Positions 19,337 to 29,765 of a stretch of DNA of 64,000 nucleotides are shown here, piece by piece. Source of the stretch: Candidatus Doriopsillibacter californiensis (GTDB lineage Bacteria; Pseudomonadota; Gammaproteobacteria; Tethybacterales; Persebacteraceae). Positions within the stretch are counted from its first letter, which is position 1. Each line of letters starts with the position of its first letter. The notes under the pieces were generated by a model. The model did not search any database, was not told the DNA's origin, and saw only the letters and a list, made by a program, of their open reading frames with translations. The position numbers were made by a program, and so were the translations under genes. Location of the stretch: the NCBI GenBank assembly GCA_030386295.1, contig JANQAO010000003.1, forward strand, positions 48,114-112,113. The letters are read 5' to 3'.

Positions 19337-20206
19337 TTATTTTGTTGGCTGCCAGTATGTTTTGAGTGGGCTATTGTCGTTCACGGCAGAAAACAACCCC
19401 GGCAGGGGGTGGCGACTGTTATTATCAGTATTAGGTGAGCCACGATTTTGTTGCAAATCGTCCAAACACAGAGTACGAATTTCAATATTAAATCGCGTTA
19501 AGGAAGAGGTGTTGGGAATGGTGGCATGCAAGTGTGCTGCCGAAAAGCAAAATAACTGCCCCGGGCGCATAATCAGAGGAATGATTTTGTCATCCGGCAC
19601 GACTAGGGCTTGTGGTGCTGACGGATATGCCGCTTTTCTGCCGTTTTTGGCTTGTTGGCGCGCTTTCAGATAATCTTTAAATGACCATTCAGCTGTGGTA
19701 TTGGTCAGAGGTTGTCGCCAGTATCTGGGATAAAAGCCCATGGTGCGATTTTGCGCTAGCGGCCACAGCGGTGCCCACCAGTTAATTTGCGCTTGAAATC
19801 CTGCCCCCCACGTGTCGCGATGCACACCGACCGCTGAACGAAAGCCGCCGTGGTGAAAGTTGACCGGTGGTGCCACGCGCAGACCAAGTGTGTCCCAAAA
19901 TAAGCCTTCTGTTGACAGACCAACATTGCGTAGCACGTCGGCAAACAGCTGTTTGCAATCGCTTGTGTTAACCTGCTGTTGTGCTGATTCGGCACAGCAC
20001 AAAAAATTGTCTCGTTGATGTTGTTGGTGTGCTTGTGGCGGATAATTGGTAGCAAAGGCGTCGCGCACAATGTTGCGCACGGTGGTATTGAAACGGCGTA
20101 TAGCAGGTAAATGCGAAAACAAGAGGTAATCGCCGTTAAAAATGCGTGGATTAAGTTTACGTGCAGGCAGTGGTGGAGAGGCGACGGTAACGGGAAGTGT
20201 GAGCAT
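19337..20206 (-). CDS. Uncharacterised protein, putative 2OG-Fe(II) dioxygenase (DSBH fold)
   Basis: HxD motif (GVHRDTW...QINWWAPL), distal His (FSAAHLHATIPN) and Arg (TRFNIEIR) in the usual facial-triad spacing. Confidence 0.6.
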   Translation of the reverse strand: MLTLPVTVASPPLPARKLNPRIFNGDYLLFSHLPAIRRFNTTVRNIVRDAFATNYPPQAHQQHQRDNFLCCAESAQQQVNTSDCKQLFADVLRNVGLSTEGLFWDTLGLRVAPPVNFHHGGFRSAVGVHRDTWGAGFQAQINWWAPLWPLAQNRTMGFYPRYWRQPLTNTTAEWSFKDYLKARQQAKNGRKAAYPSAPQALVVPDDKIIPLIMRPGQLFCFSAAHLHATIPNTSSLTRFNIEIRTLCLDDLQQNRGSPNTDNNSRHPLPGLFSAVNDNSPLKTYWQPTK

Positions 20207-20434
20207 AAAACGATAAGGATTTTATACGTTTAACTGGTCAAAATTGAAAAATTATTAGTTGTTATCCGGCAACAAAAATTGCATATTCAGGGTGTGCCAT
20301 CCATATTTTTCGGATGTTTGATATTCTGATTGATAGTGACATTTTATTGGTTTATTTTCGCATAAAAATTTAATCTGCGCGTCTATTATTTAATTTATAT
20401 CACCACTCGTTTGGGCAATGATAGAATCTGTCCA

Positions 20435-22225
20435 ATGAGAACTCATTTTTGCGGCGCCGTAAACACTCAAAATTTAGATGGAACGGTTACCGTTTGTGGT
20501 TGGGCGCACTCGCGTCGCGATCACGGTGGTGTGATTTTTATTGATTTACGAGATAAATCTGGTGTTTTACAGTTGGTGGCAGATCCGAGTGAAAACGCTG
20601 ACGTTTTTGCTCAAGCTAATGGTGTGCGCAACGAATATGTATTACGTGCTACCGGCATAGTGCGGCGGCGACCCGAAGGAACTGACAATTCACGCCTGAG
20701 CAGTGGTGAGGTAGAAGTTAATTTATGTCGGTTGGAAGTTTTAAATACTGCTACGGCGTTGCCGTTTATGCCCGATGACGAAGGTGTGTCGGAAGAAGCG
20801 CGTCTACGTCACCGAGTTATTGATTTGCGCGGTACCGCAATGCAATCCAACTTACGTCGCCGCCATGCTATGCTTGCTGCCGTTCGCCAATGGTTTTGTG
20901 AGCGCGATTTTATTGATATAGAAACACCGCTACTTACTCGAACAACGCCTGAAGGTGCGCGTGATTTTCTCGTTCCGAGTCGCCTGCAGCCGGATGCTTT
21001 TTACGCGTTGCCGCAGTCACCGCAGTTATTTAAACAAATGTTGATGGCAGCGGGTTTTGAACGTTATTTTCAGATCGCACGATGTTTTCGTGATGAGGAC
21101 TCCCGTTCTGATCGGCAACCAGAGTTTTCACAAATTGATGTAGAAATGTCGTTTGTGGAGGAAAATGATGTGATGACGATGATGGAAGAACTTGTCATTG
21201 CCGCTTTTGCTGCTGTTAACATTACGTTGCCGCAACCTTTCCCGCGTATGAACTGCACCGAAGCTGTACGTCGTTTTGGCATTGACCGCCCCGACTTGCG
21301 CAATCCGTTGGAGCTTACCGATTTGGGTGATTTGATGGCGGAGGTAGAATTTAAAGTGTTTCGCGAACCGGCACAGGCAGCTGATGGTCGTGTGGCGGCA
21401 TTACGTTTGCCTGGTGGTGCTTCTTTGTCACGCAAACAGATTGATGAGCTGACTGCTTATGTGGCGCGTTATGGTGCTCGTGGGCTGGCTTATATCAAAG
21501 TAATTAATGTCACTGCCGGTGCTGACGGCTTGCAATCGCCGATTATTAAGTTTTTACCAGAAAATGTGTTGGCGCAATTAATTGAACGCACACAAGCGGT
21601 GGATGGTGACATCATCTTTTTTGGTGCAGGTCGTGAAGATATTGTTAACGCTTCTTTGGCGGCATTACGTGATCGATTAGGCGAAGACGGAAATTTGTTG
21701 AGTGACGGCTGGAAGCCACTGTGGATTACCGATTTTCCGCTGTTTGAGCGTGACTACGAACGTAAGCGATGGAATGCGCGGCATCATCCGTTTACCGCAC
21801 CGCGAGAGGGAGACGAGCGCCATTTGCCGGAACACCCAGAGCGTGTTATGTCGCGTGCCTATGACATGACGCTAAATGGTGTTGAAATCGGTGGCGGCAG
21901 TATTCGCATTCATCGTGTTGAGACTCAGCTGGCAATGCTGGAAGCATTGGGAATTGATGAAACGGAAGCGCGCCGGCAATTTGGTTTTTTATTGCAGGCG
22001 TTGGAATCTGGCGCGCCACCGCATGGTGGTGTTGCTTTCGGGCTGGACCGCATGGCGGCTATGGCTTGTCAGGTGCAAAGTATTCGTGACGTTATCGCAT
22101 TTCCTAAGACGCAGCGTGGGCAATGCTTGCTGACGAAAGCGCCTTCTTCGGCGACGAGTGAGCAGTTACAAGAATTGCACATTAAAGTTGCCAAGCGAGC
22201 TTCACCAGCGTCCGATTCTTTATAA
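20435..22225 (+). CDS. aspS: Aspartate--tRNA ligase
   Basis: MRTHFCG, RRDHGGVIFIDLRD, PEGARDFLVPSR, LPQSPQLFKQ and GAPPHGGVAFGLDR motifs. Confidence 0.98.
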   Translation: MRTHFCGAVNTQNLDGTVTVCGWAHSRRDHGGVIFIDLRDKSGVLQLVADPSENADVFAQANGVRNEYVLRATGIVRRRPEGTDNSRLSSGEVEVNLCRLEVLNTATALPFMPDDEGVSEEARLRHRVIDLRGTAMQSNLRRRHAMLAAVRQWFCERDFIDIETPLLTRTTPEGARDFLVPSRLQPDAFYALPQSPQLFKQMLMAAGFERYFQIARCFRDEDSRSDRQPEFSQIDVEMSFVEENDVMTMMEELVIAAFAAVNITLPQPFPRMNCTEAVRRFGIDRPDLRNPLELTDLGDLMAEVEFKVFREPAQAADGRVAALRLPGGASLSRKQIDELTAYVARYGARGLAYIKVINVTAGADGLQSPIIKFLPENVLAQLIERTQAVDGDIIFFGAGREDIVNASLAALRDRLGEDGNLLSDGWKPLWITDFPLFERDYERKRWNARHHPFTAPREGDERHLPEHPERVMSRAYDMTLNGVEIGGGSIRIHRVETQLAMLEALGIDETEARRQFGFLLQALESGAPPHGGVAFGLDRMAAMACQVQSIRDVIAFPKTQRGQCLLTKAPSSATSEQLQELHIKVAKRASPASDSL

Positions 22226-22288
22226 GTAAACAGTGCGGCTTTTGTACACCAACACCCATAAAAGATTAAGATAAAATCTAGATAATAA

Positions 22289-22364
22289 GCCGCCATAGCT
22301 CAGCTGGTAGAGCAGCTGATTTGTAATCAGTTTGTCGGGAGTTCAAATCTCTCTGGCGGCACCA
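22289..22364 (+). tRNA. tRNA-Thr(TGT)
   Basis: GCCGCCA/TGGCGGC acceptor stem, CTGAT-TTGTAA-TCAG anticodon arm, GTTCAAA T-loop and encoded CCA. Confidence 0.97.
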
Positions 22365-22432
22365 ATTTTTTTGTGAGACACGTGTGAGCGAGGCAACTTT
22401 TATTAATCAAAAATGTCGCCTGCTCAACGAAT

Positions 22433-23350
22433 TTATAAAATTAACCGTTGTTGAAATAACACCTGCGTTACTCCGCGGCTGAAGTGACTAAAAATTTCGT
22501 CAGTCCAATCTCGTGGTGTATAACTTATCGTATAGTCCACACCGATAACATCTCGCGCTACATAGCCGGTGTCGCCTAAGCCGTCGGCCAAGCCGAGTCT
22601 GACGTTGTGTTCACCGACAAAAATAGCCCCGGAAAAAATATCCGGGTGTGCTGTTAACCGATCGCCACGTCCCTGTCTTACCGCTTCCTGAAAATTATCG
22701 TGAATGACACTGACAATATTGTCAATGCGCGTTCGCTCTTCTTCACTTTGCGGCGAAAAAGGGTCAAACATGTTTTTGTTTTCTCCACCAGTTTGCACAC
22801 GGCGAGAAACGCCTAGTTTTTCCATTGTCTCCACGAATCCGAAACTAGAAAAAATAACGCCGATAGAACCCACAAGGCTATTGTCATCCACATAAATTTC
22901 ATCAGTGGCGGCGGCAATATAGTAGCCACCGGAAGCACAAAAATCACCAGCTACCGCATAAACTTTCTTTTGTGGATACTTGTTTCGTAACCTTAGCAAT
23001 TCGCGGTAAATACGGTTAGATTCGACGGCACTGCCACCAGGGCTGTTAATGCGTAAGATAACGCCTTTTGCGGATTCTGCTTCAAAGGCATTACGCAATG
23101 CGGCATTGATGTTGACCGCACTATTGCTGCCGCTGGCCTCTATCACACCGTTAATGTCAATAACAGCAGCATGTGGGCCGTGATTTGAAATATTCGGCGT
23201 GTGCACAAAATAAGCAGCGGTTAGTGCTAGCACATAAATCAGCATGATAAATTTGAAAAAAGTGCCCCAGCGTCGCCGCGTTCTTTGCTCACGCAAAGAC
23301 GATTCTGCTAGCCGTTCTACTAAATTTCGGTCGTGATTGTCAGTTGTCAT
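22433..23350 (-). CDS. S49 family (SppA-type) signal peptide peptidase
   Basis: EQRTRRRWGTFFK, ILRINSPGGS, CASGGYYIAAA, SLVGSIGV and GLADGLG motifs. Start at 23350 overlaps the truB stop. Confidence 0.9.
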   Translation of the reverse strand: MTTDNHDRNLVERLAESSLREQRTRRRWGTFFKFIMLIYVLALTAAYFVHTPNISNHGPHAAVIDINGVIEASGSNSAVNINAALRNAFEAESAKGVILRINSPGGSAVESNRIYRELLRLRNKYPQKKVYAVAGDFCASGGYYIAAATDEIYVDDNSLVGSIGVIFSSFGFVETMEKLGVSRRVQTGGENKNMFDPFSPQSEEERTRIDNIVSVIHDNFQEAVRQGRGDRLTAHPDIFSGAIFVGEHNVRLGLADGLGDTGYVARDVIGVDYTISYTPRDWTDEIFSHFSRGVTQVLFQQRLIL

Positions 23351-24236
23351 AGTTTTTCTTTTCTCTAGTCCATGATAGCAATTTTTGAGGTAAAAAGCAC
23401 GTTTCGCGTTGACGGGCAACGCCGGCAAAACGGTTATTAGCCGTTTGTAGCCGCACTAATTGCCCGCTTTCTTCATTTTCATCGGATGGCGGACATTCGC
23501 GCTGTCCCTGCGCCAGTGCCCATAAACGCGTATTGTCCACGGATTGAGCGGGTAGATGAGTTAGCGCCGTTTCAATAGATAATTGTTTTGCCGTAGCTGA
23601 TGTGGTTAGTGAATCTAATACTTGTGCCTGGGCAATATCAAAGGGGGCACATTGCAATCGACGCAAGGCTGACAAATAAGCACCACAACCAACGCGAACA
23701 CCTAAATCATGCGCTAGCGAACGTACATAAAAACCTCCGCCGCAACGGATGAAGAGCGTAATATTATCATTCTCACTTTTCTCTAGTGTAAGTTCATGTA
23801 CCCGCACTTGTCGTCGTTTTTCCGGTACGGAGATATTTTTGCGAGCATAATGATATAGCGGCTTGCCTTTGTATTTGAGAGCACTGTGTTGTGGTGCGGT
23901 TTGCATTATCGTACCAATAAAATCGGGCAGTATATCGCGTACTCGTGTCACTAAATCTGCGGGCGGGTGCTGTTGTGTGCTGACATTTCCCCACGCGTCA
24001 CCGGTGTCGGAAACGGCACCAAAGCTTACGGTAGCGCGATAGGCTTTATCGTCGGGCATAAAACGAATATATCCTGCTGCTTCTCCCAGTGCAATCGTTA
24101 ACAGTCCGGTGGCCATTGGGTCCAACGTGCCGGTGTGTCCGGTTTTAACGCCATTAAATAAACGCCTTACAATAGCGACGGCTTGTGCTGAAGTAGCACC
24201 TTGATGTTTATCAATAAGCACAAATGTGCCAGCCAT
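23340..24236 (-). CDS. truB: tRNA pseudouridine(55) synthase
   Basis: KTGHTGTLDPMATG, PQHSALKYKGKPLY and GFYVRSLAHDLG motifs; follows rbfA. Confidence 0.95.
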   Translation of the reverse strand: MAGTFVLIDKHQGATSAQAVAIVRRLFNGVKTGHTGTLDPMATGLLTIALGEAAGYIRFMPDDKAYRATVSFGAVSDTGDAWGNVSTQQHPPADLVTRVRDILPDFIGTIMQTAPQHSALKYKGKPLYHYARKNISVPEKRRQVRVHELTLEKSENDNITLFIRCGGGFYVRSLAHDLGVRVGCGAYLSALRRLQCAPFDIAQAQVLDSLTTSATAKQLSIETALTHLPAQSVDNTRLWALAQGQRECPPSDENEESGQLVRLQTANNRFAGVARQRETCFLPQKLLSWTREKKNYDN

Positions 24237-24241
24237 TACAG

Positions 24242-24607
24242 TTAACTCTCACTGAGAGGAACGTTATCTAAAAAGCGCCTAATATTGTCAGCGACTTGGC
24301 CTTCGGCATCTGGAGCAAAAACTAGTATTGGGGTGGCGCGCATATTAAGACTGTCGGCGAGTTGTTTGCGACACCGCGGAGCTTGGCTCGTAAGTGTTTC
24401 TTGTACCTCGGCGGCATTACCAGCAAGCATTGTGTAATATACAGTGGCAACGCTAAGATCGCCGTTAAGTGATATTCGCCGTACGGTAACCATGGCGCCA
24501 CCGCAAATACCAGCGACTAGCGATGCCAGTTCACGCTGCATTAGTGAAGCAATACGGTGTTGGCGCGGGTAACTTTTGACGGCGCTGGTATTGCGCCGAC
24601 CTTTCAT
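24242..24607 (-). CDS. rbfA: 30S ribosome-binding factor
   Basis: RQHRIASLMQREL, DLSVATVY and MRATPILVF motifs; lies between infB and truB. Confidence 0.9.
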   Translation of the reverse strand: MKGRRNTSAVKSYPRQHRIASLMQRELASLVAGICGGAMVTVRRISLNGDLSVATVYYTMLAGNAAEVQETLTSQAPRCRKQLADSLNMRATPILVFAPDAEGQVADNIRRFLDNVPLSES

Positions 24608-27153
24608 AAGGTGGGTGCTGTTTCCAGCACCTCAATGGCTTCAATCACATCGCCGGCTTTGATATCGTTAAATCGATGGATTCCAATGCCACATTCCTCG
24701 CCCATACGCGCTTCTTTGGCGCTTTCTTTAAAGTGTCGCAACGAACTAATCGCACCTTCGTACACTACCGCACCATCGCGTAAGAGACGCGCCTGCGCGT
24801 CAGCACGAATATTTCCGTCTTGTACGCTGCAACCGGCAATATTTCCTATTTTGCTAATGGTAAACACTTTGAGCACTTTGGCAGTGCCAATGATTTTTTC
24901 TTCGCGCACCATATCAAGTAAGTTAAGTACCGCTTTTTCGGCGTTTTCCACAATCTCGTAAATCACATTGCCATGCATGATTTTGATACCGTATGATTGC
25001 GCGAGTTTTCTCGATTTAGTATCTGGGCGGACATTGAAAGCGACAATTAGTGCACCGCTGGCATGAGCTAAATTTATATCGGATTCGGTTACGGAACCGA
25101 CGGCACTATGAATAACTTTAATTGCCGCTTTTTTGCCGTGGATAGCGCTAAGTGCTGCTAGCAATGCTTCACGAGAGCCGCCTACGTCAGCCTTGACAAT
25201 TACATTGAGCTCTTTTTTCTCCGTCTCGTCACCCATTAACAAAGCTGTGGAAGGCCGTGCTACTGCGCGGGCATTCAAACGACGAGTCCGATCTTTTTCT
25301 TGCCGCAAGCTAGAAATGTCGCGCGCCTTGCGTTCATCGGGGACGACAAACAAATCTTCTCCTACTTCTGGCATGCCAGACAATCCTTGTATTTCTACCG
25401 GCATAGCAGGGGTTGCTTCTTTAACTGTTTTTTTGGAACTATCCCACATGGAGCGCACACGACCGCTTTCGGTGCCGCAGACAAAACAATCACCGTTTTT
25501 TAGTGTGCCGCTACGCACTACCAACGTTGCTACCACGCCATGACCTTTTTCCACGCGCGCTTCCACCACTGCTGCTTGCGCAGAACAATCACGCGTTGCT
25601 TTGATATCTAAAATGTCGCTTTGTGTGCGCAAGGAATCCAGTAACGTATCCACTCCGTTGCCGGTGAGTGCAGAGATTGGTACAAAAATGGAATCCCCCC
25701 CCCACTCTTCGGGCATAACTCCGCGTGCTGATAATTCGCTTTTGATGCGTTCTATATCTACACCGGGCTTATCCATTTTATTTATGGCAACAACAATGGG
25801 TACGTCTGCCGCTTGCGCATGAGAGATGGCTTCTTCGGTTTGTGGCTTAACGCCGTCGTCTCCGGCTACTACTAGCACTACAATATCAGTAATTTGTGCC
25901 CCACGTGCTCGCATTTCAGAAAATAATGCATGACCGGGAGTATCCAAAAATGTAATGGCACCAGTAGCCGTGCTGACTTGGTACGCACCAATATGCTGAG
26001 TGATGCCGCCGGCTTCGCCATTGGCCACACGTGTTTTGCGAATGTAGTCTAAAAGTGATGTTTTGCCGTGATCCACGTGTCCCATTACGGTAACCACGGG
26101 TGGACGTGGCTCTTGTGGTAAATCGGAGTCGTGCTGGCGCAAAGATTCTAAATCCGAGTCCTCTTTTTGCACTGCGGCTACCGGTTTATGACCTAATTCT
26201 TCTACTACAATCCACGCTGTATCTTTGTCTAGAGAAGTATTTGCATTGGCGGTCATGCCGTAATCCATCAATTTACGAATGATAATTCCGCTTTTGAGAG
26301 ATATTTGTTCGGCAATGCGGCTGACAGAAATGGTCTCAGGAATTTCTATCTCACGTACCACTAGTCCCACCGGTTTTTGAAAGCCGTGCTGGTTGGCCAG
26401 CCGTTTGGGAGCGGTGGTTTTACGTTGTTGGCGGCGTTTTTGGCGTTCGCGTAATATTTTTTGATCAATCTTAATTGTGCCGCCGCGGCGAGATTTTTCT
26501 TCGGTCTTTTCGTTTTTGGTGGCAGTTTGTTGTTTTTCTCGCAATTCTTCTTGCCGTGCCACCTGTTTTTGATAAAGGTCTTCTAATGAATTTGGTGCCG
26601 GCGGCTTTGTGGGAGAGGGTGGAATATCGGTTGTCGTTACTACTGCTTTTTTTGATTTTTCTACTGTCGGTGACGGCGTGATTTCTTGCGGTGACTCAGT
26701 AGCTGCCGTTTTTTTTGCTGCAACAGGTTTAACTGCAGGAGATTTCTTTGAAGTAGGTGAGGTTTCTGTTTTCGGTGAAACTGCATTTTTTTTTGTTGGC
26801 GTTGCCGGTGTCTTGGTGGTAGTTGAAGCTTTTTGCGCGACGACTGGTTTTTGAACTTCAGGTGTTGGTGCTGGCTCTGGTTTTGCGGGAACTGGGCGGC
26901 GGATACGTCGTTGCCGTTTTTCTACTATTTGCGTACTTTCTATTTTGCGTTCGCGAGGGAGTTTTTTCTGTCCCGTTTTTTCTGAGGGTGTCGCTTTTTG
27001 CTGCCGCCAGAGAGCGTCCAATTTGGTTTCAAATTCGGGTTCTACTTTGGATGTTATGGCAATGCGTTTGTCGTAGCCGACGCTAGGTAGTGCTAGCTTG
27101 ACTTCGGATTCGGTCTTGCCATATTTTTTTGCGATTTCTTTTATAGTGGCCAT
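24604..27153 (-). CDS. infB: Translation initiation factor IF-2
   Basis: [37 protein letters not shown] and NKMDKP motifs. Confidence 0.98.
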   Translation of the reverse strand: MATIKEIAKKYGKTESEVKLALPSVGYDKRIAITSKVEPEFETKLDALWRQQKATPSEKTGQKKLPRERKIESTQIVEKRQRRIRRPVPAKPEPAPTPEVQKPVVAQKASTTTKTPATPTKKNAVSPKTETSPTSKKSPAVKPVAAKKTAATESPQEITPSPTVEKSKKAVVTTTDIPPSPTKPPAPNSLEDLYQKQVARQEELREKQQTATKNEKTEEKSRRGGTIKIDQKILRERQKRRQQRKTTAPKRLANQHGFQKPVGLVVREIEIPETISVSRIAEQISLKSGIIIRKLMDYGMTANANTSLDKDTAWIVVEELGHKPVAAVQKEDSDLESLRQHDSDLPQEPRPPVVTVMGHVDHGKTSLLDYIRKTRVANGEAGGITQHIGAYQVSTATGAITFLDTPGHALFSEMRARGAQITDIVVLVVAGDDGVKPQTEEAISHAQAADVPIVVAINKMDKPGVDIERIKSELSARGVMPEEWGGDSIFVPISALTGNGVDTLLDSLRTQSDILDIKATRDCSAQAAVVEARVEKGHGVVATLVVRSGTLKNGDCFVCGTESGRVRSMWDSSKKTVKEATPAMPVEIQGLSGMPEVGEDLFVVPDERKARDISSLRQEKDRTRRLNARAVARPSTALLMGDETEKKELNVIVKADVGGSREALLAALSAIHGKKAAIKVIHSAVGSVTESDINLAHASGALIVAFNVRPDTKSRKLAQSYGIKIMHGNVIYEIVENAEKAVLNLLDMVREEKIIGTAKVLKVFTISKIGNIAGCSVQDGNIRADAQARLLRDGAVVYEGAISSLRHFKESAKEARMGEECGIGIHRFNDIKAGDVIEAIEVLETAPTL

Positions 27154-27155
27154 GC

Positions 27156-28697
27156 TTATACAGTCGTTTCTTCATCAAGATCGTTAATGTTGTAGGCTTG
27201 CTCACGAGCGAGCAAGACGCAGGCGGCGGCAGTTTCGTTTGGCATTTTATGAAACTCCTGTAATTCGTCGGCAGCCAAATCAGCCAAATCAGCGACTTTT
27301 AGAACATCGTTTTTCGCCAATTCCCGCAATATCTCTTCGCTGTCAGGAAAAAATTCGCTGACTAGTGTGACCAGAGCGGACTCTTGCTTTTCCATATTTG
27401 CCTGCAATTCGCTTTCTTCTTTTTCTACTTGTTCACGGGCGCGGGTTTGAATTTCGCGTACCACGTCAGGCTGAAAGCCTTGAATTTCGAGCAATTCCTC
27501 TTCTTCGGCAAATGCTACGTGTTCCAAGGTTTCAAAGCCTTCTTCAAACAAAATGCGTGCGGCATCTTCTTCCAGATTGAGCGCTTTACCTAAACGGGCA
27601 CTATTTTGGGAGGTCTCTTCCTCTAGAGCTGCTTCATATTCTTCCATTGTTTTGAGATTAAGGCGCCAACCAGTTAATTCTGATGCTAGCCGCACATTAA
27701 CACCATTTTTTCCGATAGCTTGTGCCAGTCGGTCAGGGTCTACTAAAACATCCATGCTACCTTTGTCGCGGTCAACGGATATTTTTGTTACTTCTGCCGG
27801 AGCTAACGCTAGCAACACGTATTTGGCATCATCGTCATCCCAAGGAATAATGTCAATGCGCTCACCGTTGAGTTCATTGGTTACGGACTGTACTCGTGAA
27901 CCGCGAATGCCGACGCAAGTGCCTACTGGATCTACGCGGGCGTCGTTAGAGCGTACGGCAATTTTGGCACGGTTTCCCGGGTCACGTACCGCAGCAATGA
28001 TTTCCAAAATGCCTTTTTCAATTTCTGGTACCACACGTTGAAATAGTAGCGTTAAAAAGCGTGGGCTAATGCGCGTAAGAATAACTGGTTGCCCTGTTGC
28101 CTCGTTGTTGATGTCTTTTATTAATGCTTGAACCCGGTCACCGGCCTTAAGCGTTTCGCGTGGAATCATCTGACTTTTAGGTAGTCGGCATTCCAGTCGC
28201 AAGACTTCTACAATTACGTCTCCGGTATCCCGTAGCACCCGTAATACTTGACCGTTAACCAATTCTTCATTGCGCGCCAACAAATCATTGAGTAGTCGTT
28301 GTTTTTCGGCTTCGCGTAGGCGAATGTTGAAATTTTGCTTAGCAGAATGTACGCAGGGACGGGTGTTAAATTTTTGATTTTCCAGCGATTTTTCTACCCA
28401 TTCGCCGGCGACGACATCGGTCTTGATTTCCTGTGCTGATTCCAACATGATTTCAGCTTGTGGATTTTCCATTAATTCATCATCGGCTAGAACGCGCCAT
28501 TTTCTAAAAGCGTCAACTTGGCCGCTGACAGAATCAATGTTCACTCGAAATTCAGCATCGTGTGTGTCGTTGGCACTGCGCCGCAGAGAATAGGCCAATG
28601 AATCAGAAAAAATATCTAGCACCTGATCAAACGGCAGGTCTTTCTCCCGAGAGATGGATTGAATGTACATTAACAAATCCGCACCGCCGATATCCAT
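27156..28697 (-). CDS. nusA: Transcription termination/antitermination factor NusA
   Basis: S1 and KH domains: RDPGNRAKIAV, DPVGTCVGIRGSRVQ and AIGKNGVNVRLASELTGW; acidic C-terminal repeats. Confidence 0.97.
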   Translation of the reverse strand: MDIGGADLLMYIQSISREKDLPFDQVLDIFSDSLAYSLRRSANDTHDAEFRVNIDSVSGQVDAFRKWRVLADDELMENPQAEIMLESAQEIKTDVVAGEWVEKSLENQKFNTRPCVHSAKQNFNIRLREAEKQRLLNDLLARNEELVNGQVLRVLRDTGDVIVEVLRLECRLPKSQMIPRETLKAGDRVQALIKDINNEATGQPVILTRISPRFLTLLFQRVVPEIEKGILEIIAAVRDPGNRAKIAVRSNDARVDPVGTCVGIRGSRVQSVTNELNGERIDIIPWDDDDAKYVLLALAPAEVTKISVDRDKGSMDVLVDPDRLAQAIGKNGVNVRLASELTGWRLNLKTMEEYEAALEEETSQNSARLGKALNLEEDAARILFEEGFETLEHVAFAEEEELLEIQGFQPDVVREIQTRAREQVEKEESELQANMEKQESALVTLVSEFFPDSEEILRELAKNDVLKVADLADLAADELQEFHKMPNETAAACVLLAREQAYNINDLDEETTV

Positions 28698-28749
28698 AAT
28701 TTTTTTCCCTTTTTATATTAGTGATGAAATGAAGCGAGCAATACGCAAC

Positions 28750-28771
28750 AAAAAAAGGGGGCGACGCCCCC
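28750..28771 (-). terminator. GC hairpin plus U-tract upstream of nusA (rimP-leader-like attenuator or xerC terminator)
   Basis: Minus strand reads GGGGGC-GTC-GCCCCC-TTTTTTT, about 50 nt upstream of the nusA start. Confidence 0.7.
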
Positions 28772-28880
28772 AATTGTGCATTTAAAAGCCAACGCATTGC
28801 AAATGCCAAACCACTAATTCTACACTAGCATTACACAAAAACGATTATTACTTGGGATTGTGCGCTGGTTATGTCAAAAA

Positions 28881-29765
28881 TTAATGAGCTTTCTTTTTTG
28901 CACGTGGATGAGCAAGGTCATACGTTTTTGCCAGATTTTGAAAATCTAAGCGCGTGTATATTTGTGTGGAAGTAATATCACGGTGGCCAAGTAGGTCTTG
29001 TGTGGCACGTAAATCACCGCTGGATTGCAAAAAATGTGAGGCGCAAGAATGCCGCAAAACATGCGGGCTAACTTGTCCAGCCATACCTAGACGAGCGGCG
29101 CGGGTGGATAGGCGTTGTTGTACTGTGCGAACGTTGAGACGACCACCGCGGCGATTAACAAACAACGCCGTTTCATTGTGATTTGCGGCACTTGCACGCG
29201 CCGTAAGCCAGCAGGATAAGGCTTTTTGAGCTACCGTGCCGGCGGGAACAACGCGACCTCGTCCTCCTTTTCCGCGCTGCACGTGAACCATGCCGGCGGA
29301 TATGTCGCTCACATTTAAGGCAGTCATTTCTCCTACGCGTAAGCCGGTAGAGTACAGTAATTCAAACATAGCATCATCACGCCATTTGAGCCAACCACTG
29401 CCTGTATCGTCGTTTAGCAAAAAAGCTGTTTTGTCCGGTGTCAGTGCCCGCGGCAGGCGTCCCTGTTTTTTTGGGGCGCGTAGACTGTGTGCTGGATTGT
29501 TCCGAATGTCACCGGTTTTGAGTAAATAATTAAAAAATAAACGCCAAGTAGATAGCCGTCGCGCCGTGGATGCCGGACTCATGCCGTGTTGTGTGGCTAG
29601 CAGGTGGCGCATATTTTGCGGTGTGATGTCGGTGAGCGGCATGGGTAGCGCATTCTGTAATATCTCCAAGTCTCGGCGATATGCTTCTACCGTATGCACT
29701 GACAGTCGTCGCACAGCGGCTGTTTCGTGCACAAATGCAGCTGACGCTTCTTTTAGAGTATTCAT
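28881..29765 (-). CDS. xerC: Tyrosine recombinase XerC
   Basis: LSVHTVEAYRRDL, ELLYSTGLRVGE, GKGG, SPHVLRHSCASHFLQSSGDLR, LLGH and TQIYT...HPRA motifs; downstream of a DUF484 gene. Confidence 0.93.
   Translation of the reverse strand: MNTLKEASAAFVHETAAVRRLSVHTVEAYRRDLEILQNALPMPLTDITPQNMRHLLATQHGMSPASTARRLSTWRLFFNYLLKTGDIRNNPAHSLRAPKKQGRLPRALTPDKTAFLLNDDTGSGWLKWRDDAMFELLYSTGLRVGEMTALNVSDISAGMVHVQRGKGGRGRVVPAGTVAQKALSCWLTARASAANHNETALFVNRRGGRLNVRTVQQRLSTRAARLGMAGQVSPHVLRHSCASHFLQSSGDLRATQDLLGHRDITSTQIYTRLDFQNLAKTYDLAHPRAKKKAH

Noticed and set aside
9010..22364. Genomic islands integrated at tRNA-Val or tRNA-Thr
   Set aside because: Both tRNAs are flanked by housekeeping genes, with no adjacent integrase or duplicated 3' end.
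26400..27000. Low-complexity Lys/Pro/Thr-rich stretch as a repeat element or separate gene
   Set aside because: It is the normally variable N-terminal linker of IF-2.
28881..29765. Phage or island integrase
   Set aside because: The motifs (HFLQSSGDLR, HPRA) and the upstream DUF484 gene identify it as chromosomal XerC.
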